Part shown: positions 7,003 through 13,687 of the stretch, in pieces
How the letters are laid out: each line of letters opens with the position of its first letter
Numbering within the stretch: position 1 is the stretch's first letter
The notes under the pieces: model-generated
Told to the model about the DNA's origin: nothing
Databases searched by the model: none
The model's input: only the letters and a program-made list of their open reading frames with translations
Position numbers and translations under genes: made by a program
IMG/VR virus record: IMGVR_UViG_3300032190_000013
Location: 1 to 37,763 of that record
Length of the DNA stretch: 37,763 bases
DNA from: a virus
Direction: 5' to 3' (one strand)

Positions 7003-7171
7003 TCTGCCGTGCCCCCCTTTCCTCTCGAAGTCTTAGAACATGCGGTGCTAAAGCCTCGGCTGTTCTCTTCCAGTCGATTTCGTCTGAAGATTTCCACTCT
7101 CCGGTCTCCTTCATTTCCTGGACGATCGGGAAAAGCGCCCGGCCAAGATTTCTCGCCTGTCTTTCTTCCAT
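6902..7171 (-). CDS. Hypothetical early protein (89 aa)
   Basis: ATG 7171 with GGAGG RBS, sharing one base with the upstream stop. The 3' 100 nt overlap the next ORF, so the true end is uncertain. Confidence 0.5.
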   Translation of the reverse strand: MEERQARNLGRALFPIVQEMKETGEWKSSDEIDWKRTAEALAPHVLRLREERGARQNAQNPNEKDPDSEAYSREHGFDSPVLATKKDSN

Positions 7172-7335
7172 CAAACTTCCTCCTTTCCGTGTTTTTCGAT
7201 GTACGTTTCAATACCATAGGCTTTCATTAGCTCCTCCAGCCGCTCCTCAATCTCTTTGCGCTTTTTTTCATCGGCAGTTTTATAAAGCTCTTTTAACTCT
7301 TCAATTTCCTTTTCCAGATCCGGAAGTTTCCACAC
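7171..7335 (-). CDS. Small coiled-coil hypothetical protein
   Basis: GTG 7335 has GGAGG 9 nt upstream. The longer form (to 7416) would include a GC-rich hairpin at 7364-7389. Translation is VWKLPDLEKEIEELKELYKTADEKKRKEIEERLEELMKAYG... Confidence 0.45.
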   Translation of the reverse strand: MWKLPDLEKEIEELKELYKTADEKKRKEIEERLEELMKAYGIETYIEKHGKEEV

Positions 7336-7422
7336 TCCTTGTCGCCTCCTTTCTCGAAAAGTCCCGCCGGGGTAATCACTCCCCGACGGTGAAAGAGGGG
7401 TGTTGTGGGGTTGCACGGGTCG

Positions 7423-7728
7423 CTATTCCATGATTGCCTTGAACATCTCTTTGTTCTGCTTTAGTGATGCGTATAGCCAAGAAGCTATTGAGGAAATCAA
7501 GCGCTCATCTTGCTCATCGTACCCGGAGTGGAAGAAAATGATATGCATTAGTTCGTGAAGCAATGTTTCTTGCATTCGTTGAGGTTCGCAGCGTTTGAGG
7601 GTTATTAGGTTCTTTTCGTAATTGGTTGCGCCTATCGTGTCGCCTGCCATTTCATCGACAACTTCAATTCGATATCGAATGCCTCCGATTGTTATGTGTC
7701 TGAAGAAGCTCTCGCTGATATTTGTCAT
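7423..7728 (-). CDS. Small zinc-metallopeptidase-like protein (HExxH)
   Basis: 101-aa ORF containing LLHELMHIIFFH (HELMH). I cannot assign a family by eye. Confidence 0.6.
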   Translation of the reverse strand: MTNISESFFRHITIGGIRYRIEVVDEMAGDTIGATNYEKNLITLKRCEPQRMQETLLHELMHIIFFHSGYDEQDERLISSIASWLYASLKQNKEMFKAIME

Positions 7729-7789
7729 AATCCTCCTCCGTTCGGTGTATATTTATATGGGGTGTGGGCAAAGACCGCGAGGTGAAAAA

Positions 7790-8170
7790 ATGAGCACTGA
7801 CAGAATTAAGAATGCATTCGTTACAATGCTTCGACAAAAAATCGCGATTCAGCTGACTTGTCCTCATTGCCGTTCATGGTACTACACAAATCTGGCGGAT
7901 CTTCTTGATAAACATTCATTTTGTCCTACCTGTGGAACTACGGCGGTGATGGATGATTATCGTATTTTCGATATAGTCTCGGTTACAAAAGAAATCGAAA
8001 AAACTTTTGAAGATATGAAGAAACGTTTCCCCGATATCGACCCCGAAGACAAGGCTGACATTGTTAATATCGTTCAAGCTGGAGACCCGATTGTTTCAGT
8101 CTTTGCAGCACGATTTCAGCCAATTGTTTTACATCTGGATCTTCCTGCAAAATCTCAAAAAACTCCTTAA
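7790..8170 (+). CDS. Zinc-ribbon protein, oriented against the early operon
   Basis: ATG 7790 with RBS gaggtgaaaaaATG. Has CPHC-x17-CPTC. No competing long minus-strand ORF lies between 7729 and 8292. Confidence 0.55.
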   Translation: MSTDRIKNAFVTMLRQKIAIQLTCPHCRSWYYTNLADLLDKHSFCPTCGTTAVMDDYRIFDIVSVTKEIEKTFEDMKKRFPDIDPEDKADIVNIVQAGDPIVSVFAARFQPIVLHLDLPAKSQKTP

Positions 8171-8204
8171 GCTCACCTGGGGAAAGTTCGACAGTAATTT
8201 TCAA
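8064..8204 (-). CDS. Possible 46-aa ORF downstream of cro, convergently overlapping the 3' end of 7790..8170
   Basis: TTG 8204 with AAAGGAG 8 nt upstream. Translation is (M)KITVELSPGELKEFFEILQEDPDVKQLAEIVLQRLKQSGLQLERY. Below the ORF-track length cut-off. Confidence 0.3.
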   Translation of the reverse strand: MKITVELSPGELKEFFEILQEDPDVKQLAEIVLQRLKQSGLQLERY

Positions 8205-8292
8205 GTTATCATCTCCTTTCACCCACACCCCTCTTATATTCACTTTTCAAAGACCCGCTTTCGAACACTCACGACCGAAAGGTTTTGCTCCC

Positions 8293-8523
8293 TCAGCCGA
8301 CCTTAGCTGTATCCTTTGGGTAGGGGGAGCGGCGTTTGTATCTCGGAAAGATTTCTTCAATTGGAACTCCAAAGAACGCAGCTATTCGATCCGCTACCTC
8401 GAAGGAGGGAGCTCTTCTTTCGGTTTCAAATGAGTGCAAAGTTGTCCAATGGATCCCAAGCGCTTTTCCAAGCTGTCTGAGAGTCAATTCTTTCTTTTCC
8501 CTGAGCTCTTTAAGAGTAGTCAT
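8293..8523 (-). CDS. Cro-like XRE-family HTH regulator
   Basis: ATG 8523 with GGAGGGAGG RBS. LKELREKKELTLRQLGKALGIHWTTLHSFETERRAPS is an XRE HTH. Divergent from the repressor gene. Confidence 0.85.
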   Translation of the reverse strand: MTTLKELREKKELTLRQLGKALGIHWTTLHSFETERRAPSFEVADRIAAFFGVPIEEIFPRYKRRSPYPKDTAKVG

Positions 8524-8551
8524 GCTGTATCCTCCCTCCTTACATGTCGCC

Positions 8552-8629
8552 GTAATGACTACATTTATATAGTATACCGTCTGACTACGTAAAGTCAAGG
8601 GTTTCAAGTAACGTTGCTGTTACGACTAC
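8552..8629. promoter_or_regulatory. Operator-like repeats in the divergent cro/repressor intergenic region
   Basis: Three same-orientation copies: gtaaTGACTAC (8552-8562), gtcTGACTAC (8579-8588) and gttaCGACTAC (8619-8629). The middle copy lies in the spacer of the cro promoter. Confidence 0.45.
8571..8598 (-). promoter_or_regulatory. Early lytic promoter (PR-like) for cro and the early operon
   Basis: Minus strand reads TTGACT (8598-8593), 16 nt, TATACT (8576-8571). Confidence 0.6.
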
Positions 8630-8660
8630 TTGTTTACTGTATGAATACGAAGGTGATAAA

Positions 8661-9323
8661 ATGCTAGTGGGTGATTTGGTGCAATCATTAGCAGAAAGGC
8701 TTAAACTCTTGAGAGAGTCAAAAGGGCTTTCTTTAAGGAAATTAGCTGAAAAAGTAAATATCCATTTCAGTACGCTTGGTAGTTATGAGCAGGGGCGAAG
8801 AAATCCTGATATCGAAACCCTGAAAATGCTTGCGGAATTCTACAATGTATCAGTCGACTATCTCCTTGGTCTCGTAGACGACCCACAGGGGCATCTTAAA
8901 GGTGAAGTCGAACTCCCAAAAATGGACAAGCAACAGAAAATGGTCCCGCTTCTTGGGAAAGTTTCCGCAGGGCAGGGAGTTCCTGCTGAAGAAGATATAA
9001 TTGGATACATCTCTTTAGAACCTGGAGAACAAGCAGATTTTGCGCTAAAGGTCAAAGGGCACAGCATGCATCCACTTCTCTATGACGGAGATATTGTATT
9101 TGTTCGGAAGCAGCCCATTGCTAGAAACGGACAGATAGCGGTAGTTCGGATCAATGGTGAAGAAGCCGTTATCAAGAAGTTTTTCAGGCTTAGAGATGGG
9201 GTAAAATTGGAATCTGAAAACCCCGAATATAAACCTATATTTATTAAAAAAGATAAGTGGGACGCTGAGTGTGAAGTAATAGGGGTGGTTGTTAGTTTCA
9301 AAAGGAAGTTCCCGAATCTGTAG
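8661..9323 (+). CDS. CI/LexA-like repressor: XRE HTH plus S24 autopeptidase domain
   Basis: N-terminal LKLLRESKGLSLRKLAEKVNIHFSTLGSYEQGRRNP. C-terminal VKGHSMHPLLYDGDIVFVRK...VIKKF (Ser/Lys dyad context). Confidence 0.9.
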   Translation: MLVGDLVQSLAERLKLLRESKGLSLRKLAEKVNIHFSTLGSYEQGRRNPDIETLKMLAEFYNVSVDYLLGLVDDPQGHLKGEVELPKMDKQQKMVPLLGKVSAGQGVPAEEDIIGYISLEPGEQADFALKVKGHSMHPLLYDGDIVFVRKQPIARNGQIAVVRINGEEAVIKKFFRLRDGVKLESENPEYKPIFIKKDKWDAECEVIGVVVSFKRKFPNL

Positions 9324-9347
9324 ATAAGTTCCAAGGGGGGATAAAAA

Positions 9348-9886
9348 GTGAGGAAAACCTCTTTCTTTTTTGTCTTCTTAGTGTTAATGTTGAGCCTTCA
9401 AGTATTTTCCAGTACGTATGCTGTAACAACAGATAATCAAATAGTTTTATTGAAAGATGACGGAACCTGGGAAAAAGTAACGTTGGAAGAAACATACGGG
9501 GATTGAAAGATGTTGATATCGGAACTCCATTTATTCTTGGTGACATTGCGATAACTATAAAACAGGTACTGAGATATAAAGAGGCTCTGATATTAGACGT
9601 ATTCATTGTTAATAATGGAGCCGAAATTGTAGATGCTGATACGTTGTCTTATGGTTTCGACATTCGGGATTCTGAAGGGTACAATTACTCCTCCGGTTAC
9701 ATTCCGGGAATCCCGGAAGAATACTACTATAAGTCTCTGGGTGGCAAAATACGCCCGCGTGGTTATATCAGAGGTTATATCTTCTTCAAAATTCCAGAAG
9801 AGGCCGAGATTCGGGAATTGTACGTCTCTTATCTGTTCGATACCGCTTACGTAGACATCTCCAAGATAGAGCCGAAGGGGCTGTGA
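9348..9886 (+). pseudogene. Secreted DUF4352-like protein split by a frameshift (signal-peptide ORF 9348-9506 plus domain ORF 9461/9503-9886)
   Basis: GTG 9348 (RBS aagggggg) encodes VRKTSFFFVFLVLMLSLQVFSSTYA|VTT..., stopping at 9504-9506. The -1 frame is open from 9461 and encodes a beta-rich domain with no start or signal peptide of its own. Homopolymers a5 (9472-9476) and g4 (9498-9501) lie in the overlap. Confidence 0.5.
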
Positions 9887-9931
9887 TAGCGAGGTTTTAG
9901 TAGTTCTATTTAAAAAGGGAGTGCTGTGCAA

Positions 9932-9961
9932 TTGATAGAAGATGTACGCTAGTGGTATAAT
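9932..9961 (+). promoter_or_regulatory. Promoter of the hicB/hicA-like pair
   Basis: TTGATA (9932-9937), 18 nt, TGgTATAAT (-10 at 9956-9961), about 24 nt upstream of ATG 9985. Confidence 0.55.
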
Positions 9962-9984
9962 ACTAAATTAGAGAGGTGAGATTT

Positions 9985-10329
9985 ATGAAAATCGGCTACG
10001 CTAGGAAAATCACCAAGGAAACAGGAGTACTTATTTACAAGGACAACGGGTTGTATTATTTTTATATTTATGGATTAGGGATTTTAATTTATGGAAAAAC
10101 CCTAGATGATTTGACTTCAAACACTAAGAAAATATTAGATGATTTGATTAAAGGAATCAAATCGGGTGAAATCAAGATTGAATCTCTTATCAAGGATGAA
10201 CCACTTAAAAATAGAGTGCTGTTTAAAATTTCACTTTTCCTTTCTTCTTTACTTCCTGATTCTTCAAAGAAAAATCAAATCAATAAAATGAAACCTTACA
10301 TAGACAAATTAACTCCGCATTATGCCTAA
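9985..10329 (+). CDS. hicB: HicB-like antitoxin candidate (no recognisable DNA-binding domain)
   Basis: RBS gagaggtgag. VLIYKDNGLYYFYIYGLGILIYGKTLDDLTSNTKKILDDLIKGIK fits the HicB N-terminal fold pattern. 8-nt overlap with the downstream gene. Confidence 0.45.
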   Translation: MKIGYARKITKETGVLIYKDNGLYYFYIYGLGILIYGKTLDDLTSNTKKILDDLIKGIKSGEIKIESLIKDEPLKNRVLFKISLFLSSLLPDSSKKNQINKMKPYIDKLTPHYA

Positions 10330-10615
10330 GAAATATCCGCCTCTATCACTAAGAGAATTCAGAGAAATCTTAGAAACCTTCAACATAGTTAGAGAAAGGA
10401 CTAAGGGCGGGCATGTTATTCTGGTCATTGAAATTGAAGGAAAAGAAAGAACCATAGTCTATCAAACTCATATAGACCCCGTCCCACTAGAAGTGCTTAA
10501 AAATACAATACAGGATCTTGAGGTAAGCGTAAGAGAATTCTACTCTCGCTCCAAATCGGCTGCTAAGAAAAAGAATGTCAGGTATAGGAAAAAAGCAGAG
10601 TTAGATGAAGCCTAA
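10322..10615 (+). CDS. hicA: HicA-like mRNA-interferase toxin candidate with basic C-terminal tail
   Basis: LSLREFREILETFNIVRERTKGGHVILVIE...THIDPVPLEVLKNTIQDLEVSVREF matches the HicA/YcfA pattern (G-[GS]-H, then H-x4-V-x5-L-x2-I). The tail is SKSAAKKKNVRYRKKAE. Confidence 0.55.
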   Translation: MPKKYPPLSLREFREILETFNIVRERTKGGHVILVIEIEGKERTIVYQTHIDPVPLEVLKNTIQDLEVSVREFYSRSKSAAKKKNVRYRKKAELDEA

Positions 10616-10659
10616 AAAAAGCTCTTTTGCTAAATTTAACTGAAAACATAAAATCAGTA

Positions 10660-10690
10660 AAGTGCTGTTTAGCACTTTTTTCTTTTACCC
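10660..10690 (+). terminator. Rho-independent terminator after the hicA-like gene
   Basis: aagtgct-gttt-agcactt followed by tttttctttt. Confidence 0.7.
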
Positions 10691-10694
10691 CATA

Positions 10695-10703
10695 TGGTAT
10701 AAT
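10695..10703 (+). promoter_or_regulatory. Possible extended -10 promoter element for the integrase
   Basis: TGgTATAAT at 10695-10703, with no good -35. Confidence 0.35.
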
Positions 10704-10766
10704 TAATTATACTTCTTTACATCATCTTCCTCTTTTCATGTTTCAATTTCTTTGGGAGGGATCTGC

Positions 10767-12227
10767 GTGGGTAAGAAACGCGCCGCCATATATGCCAGGT
10801 ATTCTTCTGACAATCAACAGGAACTTTCTATTGAAGGTCAACTCGATCAAATCCTTGAATTTTGCCAGAAGCACGGGTATGAGGTTGTAAAACAATACGC
10901 AGATAGAGGAGTATCCGCTTTCCTGATAGAAAAACGTCACGACTTTCTCAAACTCATCGAAGACGCAATGGAGGCAAAATTTGATTATGTCGTAGTCTGG
11001 AGCTACGACAGGTTTGCAAGATCGAGGCTGGACGCCAGGCGATATAAAGAACTCCTCAAAGAATACGGTATCAAAGTAATTTCAATTACAGAGCCATATA
11101 TAGATGGTCCTGAGGGAATAATTGTCGAAGGCATGACCGAAACCATAGCTGAATACTTCGTAGCCAAAATGGCCAGAGATTCAATGCGGGGAATGATAAC
11201 CAAAGCAAAGCGTGGGGCTCTTGTAGGAGGATATGCTCCGTTTGGGTATAGGAAGATCAAAATTGGTGACGACTGGAAGCTCATACCGGATGAGAAGGAA
11301 GCCAAAGCAATACAAAAGATCTTCCAAATGCGCGCTGAAGGGGTCACATATTCTGAGATCGCCAGATATTTGAACAACCTGGGATTTAAGACTCGAAGAG
11401 GAGAAAAATTCACTAATGCTAGTGTTGAATGGATGTTGAGAAACCCGAAATATAAGGGTGAGTATGTATTCAACAACCGAAAAAAGAAAGGGAAATTCAA
11501 TCCTTTTGATGAAGTGATCCGGGTTCATATTCCTGAAATTGCGATAGTTTCACCAGAGCTTTGGAAAAAGGTTCAGAAAGTATCCGGGATCCAGAAAAAG
11601 CCTAAGGTTAAATATTTGCTGAGAGGATTTATGCGTTGCGGAGATTGCGGATATCCTTTGACTGGTAGCGCGTATGGCGGAAAAAGGAACCATGGAGGAT
11701 ATTATACCTGCTTGAATTGTAAGAGAAAGCATAACAGGATCCACAAAGTAGGCCGAGATAAAATAGAGGGAAAGGTTCTTAACTTCCTGCATCAAAAGCT
11801 CCGGGATCTTGACCCCGAACAATTGGCAGCGGAAATAAACCTTTCGATAAGACAAAAAATCGATAAAGGAAGAACAGAAGCTTTGAGATCTAAAATTAGG
11901 GAAGTTGAGCACGCTATGAGCAATATAACCAAAGCAATTGAAACCGGAGTATATTCTCAAACGCTACTTAATCGATTATCCGAATTAGAACGTGAACGCG
12001 AAAAATTGACTACTGAATTAACGAAAGCCAGAATGCAAGCGCTAAAGCTTAAGGAAGTAAAACCCGAAGAAGTTGCTATGTTAATGGAAAATTTCAAATC
12101 AGCTTTCTCAAATTACGAGACTCGGTATGCTGTTGTTCATGATCTCATAGATTACATAGTCATCGACTGGCGCAAAAGAGAGGCAAAAATTGCCAGCGCA
12201 GTAGGCAAAATTGCATTGCCTCTATGA
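10767..12227 (+). CDS. int: Large serine recombinase (integrase)
   Basis: GTG 10767 with GGGAGGG RBS. Has a resolvase-type N-terminus (AAIYARYSSDNQ), a recombinase domain, a zinc ribbon (CGDCGYPLTG...YYTCLNCKRK) and a C-terminal coiled coil. Confidence 0.9.
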   Translation: MGKKRAAIYARYSSDNQQELSIEGQLDQILEFCQKHGYEVVKQYADRGVSAFLIEKRHDFLKLIEDAMEAKFDYVVVWSYDRFARSRLDARRYKELLKEYGIKVISITEPYIDGPEGIIVEGMTETIAEYFVAKMARDSMRGMITKAKRGALVGGYAPFGYRKIKIGDDWKLIPDEKEAKAIQKIFQMRAEGVTYSEIARYLNNLGFKTRRGEKFTNASVEWMLRNPKYKGEYVFNNRKKKGKFNPFDEVIRVHIPEIAIVSPELWKKVQKVSGIQKKPKVKYLLRGFMRCGDCGYPLTGSAYGGKRNHGGYYTCLNCKRKHNRIHKVGRDKIEGKVLNFLHQKLRDLDPEQLAAEINLSIRQKIDKGRTEALRSKIREVEHAMSNITKAIETGVYSQTLLNRLSELEREREKLTTELTKARMQALKLKEVKPEEVAMLMENFKSAFSNYETRYAVVHDLIDYIVIDWRKREAKIASAVGKIALPL

Positions 12228-12297
12228 TAAATAATACTCAGTAGTTAGCGCTTGTCAGCGTCCCCTGACCACCTGCATAACCACTGAAAAGTTTTTT

Positions 12298-12340
12298 AAC
12301 CCGCTCCAACTGAGGATTTATGGAGCGGGTTATTTATTTG
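12298..12340 (+). terminator. Rho-independent terminator after the integrase
   Basis: 11-bp stem aacccgctcca/tggagcgggtt (12298-12308/12321-12331) followed by atttattt. Confidence 0.65.
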
Positions 12341-12473
12341 GTTAACAAAGAAACAATAACTCGAAATCGATTTTAAGACCACTTTTTTCACTGTTAATAC
12401 ATTTACATATCAGTACATAGAAAACTCTTCTCACAGCGCAAAAAAATGCGATGATGGTCGCGGCATGCCGCCC

Positions 12474-12502
12474 CGAACTGTCTAGTTAGACAGTATGGTT
12501 CG
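12474..12502. other. Candidate attP core: imperfect 29-bp dyad around a central GT
   Basis: cgaaCTGTCTA-gt-TAGACAGtatggttcg has perfect 7-bp arms at 12478-12484 and 12487-12493. It lies in the 164-bp gap between two convergent terminators, next to the serine integrase. Confidence 0.3.
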
Positions 12503-12511
12503 ATCTTTAAC

Positions 12512-12548
12512 AATAAAAAATTTCCCCTCCAGCATGTAGCCGGAGGGG
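12512..12548 (-). terminator. Rho-independent terminator ending the lysis module
   Basis: Stem CCCCTCC/GGAGGGG (12524-12530/12542-12548). The minus strand continues aaaTTTTTTatt. Confidence 0.7.
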
Positions 12549-12581
12549 TGAGGAGGGAAACGCGAAGAAACTCAGTAGAGA

Positions 12582-12905
12582 TCACTGGGCAGCCACTTTT
12601 TGTAACCAATCATGACCAAATTGCCTGTTTAGATACGACACGAGAGCGTCAATTGCCAGTCCAACGATAATAGTGAAAAGCCAATCAGGTATTTTGATGA
12701 TAACTCCATGTTCTTCCAGGAATTTTTTAATAGCCAAGACGGCTTCGTTTTTCTTTGCAGCCTTTTCACCTTGGGAAAGTTCAAAAGAAGCTTCAATAGC
12801 GACAACAGCGGTAACCACACCTTCTCTTAGAACTTGCCACCATTCATGCTTTCCGAATAAAAGATCCAAAATTGCGAAGGCCTTATCAAGGATTTCCTTT
12901 AACAT
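12582..12905 (-). CDS. Holin-like membrane protein (107 aa; possibly the LL-H holin family type)
   Basis: ATG 12905 with an AAGGAG RBS that overlaps the endolysin stop. Hydrophobic segments are VVTAVVAIEA and WLFTIIVGLAIDALV. Immediately follows the endolysin. Confidence 0.55.
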   Translation of the reverse strand: MLKEILDKAFAILDLLFGKHEWWQVLREGVVTAVVAIEASFELSQGEKAAKKNEAVLAIKKFLEEHGVIIKIPDWLFTIIVGLAIDALVSYLNRQFGHDWLQKVAAQ

Positions 12906-12909
12906 GCTT

Positions 12910-13362
12910 TCACTCCTTTCTAGTAAATTTGTCCCGATCTTCCGGGAAGTTTTTCCAAATAGATATGCACTTCTCTGCGTATTGCGGGTCAGTAGCATAC
13001 CCGGCTGCCTGGATAGCTCGAAAATAGCTTTCAGGATCATGTCGAAGTGCCCATGCTGTCCTGTACCTTCGAGAGTTCCTGATAAGAGCCACATATGCCA
13101 GCATGCTTTCCAAAGGGCTTTGAAAATCTTCAAATTCAACTGTTTCCTCTTTCCAACCGTTTTTGTATTCTGAGGTTCTAAGAACCTGGTTTCCTGGAAT
13201 CCATGGAACGTCTTTAATGCCGAATAAGTTGTTTTTAGGGACATGACGCCCCCATCCTGTCTCAAGAGCTGCCTGAACGAGAAGAATCACAGGTGGAAAA
13301 TCGCAAGCCATTCCGACCAATATAGCTGATTGACGATATTTGCGAATGAAATCTTCCTTCAT
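12910..13362 (-). CDS. Endolysin, GH73 glucosaminidase (FlgJ/mannosyl-glycoprotein endo-beta-N-acetylglucosaminidase family)
   Basis: Motifs VQAALETGWG, NNLFGIK and GYATDPQYAEK. Confidence 0.85.
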   Translation of the reverse strand: MKEDFIRKYRQSAILVGMACDFPPVILLVQAALETGWGRHVPKNNLFGIKDVPWIPGNQVLRTSEYKNGWKEETVEFEDFQSPLESMLAYVALIRNSRRYRTAWALRHDPESYFRAIQAAGYATDPQYAEKCISIWKNFPEDRDKFTRKE

Positions 13363-13374
13363 CCCATGCCAGAA

Positions 13375-13674
13375 TCACCGCCTCGTGAGGATATAGTAAA
13401 TCAGCCCACCAGAAGCAGCGGATCCGACAGCCCATTTGACGATTTCTGATAGTATTTGCCATTTGGTCTTTTTGATTCCCAAAATAGCGTCTGTGAGTTT
13501 GTCGATCAGATCTTTTTTCCAACCGTTGTCCAAATGCTTTTTGAGCTCGTCGATTTTCTCGTTTATTTCTTTGTTTTGCTTTTCGTTCATTATTTCTACT
13601 TCTTTGAGGATTTCTCTCTTAAACTTTTCTTTTTGAGCAATGAAATAACAATCCTCATGAGCACCCTTTCCCAT
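13375..13674 (-). CDS. Lysis-associated tail-anchored membrane protein (coiled coil plus C-terminal TM)
   Basis: ATG 13674 with GAGGTGAT RBS. C-terminus is WAVGSAASGGLIYYILTRR. Immediately upstream of the endolysin. Confidence 0.5.
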   Translation of the reverse strand: MGKGAHEDCYFIAQKEKFKREILKEVEIMNEKQNKEINEKIDELKKHLDNGWKKDLIDKLTDAILGIKKTKWQILSEIVKWAVGSAASGGLIYYILTRR

Positions 13675-13687
13675 TGCAACGATCACC

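Noticed and set aside
6987-7230. ORFs 6987..7217 (minus) and 7009..7230 (plus)
   Set aside because: They overlap better-supported SD-preceded ORFs in the same region. Their translations are Arg/Gly/Pro/Ser-rich and not protein-like.
11003-11960. Minus-strand ORFs (165, 115 and 136 aa) opposite the integrase gene
   Set aside because: They are antisense shadows of a confidently identified serine recombinase, with hydrophobic/low-complexity translations and no SD.
12494-12510. tRNA T-loop-like string GGTTCGATC, suggesting a tRNA fragment at attP
   Set aside because: No complementary T-stem, anticodon arm (the nearby hairpin loop is 6 nt rather than 7) or acceptor stem can be drawn, so this is not a tRNA or a tRNA 3' fragment that I can support.
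12403-12609. 68-aa minus-strand ORF in the int/lysis intergenic region
   Set aside because: It runs through the lysis-module terminator hairpin and U-tract, has no SD, and its sequence does not look protein-like.
12906-13265. N-terminal 120 codons of the 227-aa ORF 12582..13265
   Set aside because: This part overlaps the GH73 endolysin in another frame. A start at ATG 12905 with an AAGGAG SD gives a compact holin-like gene immediately after the endolysin stop.
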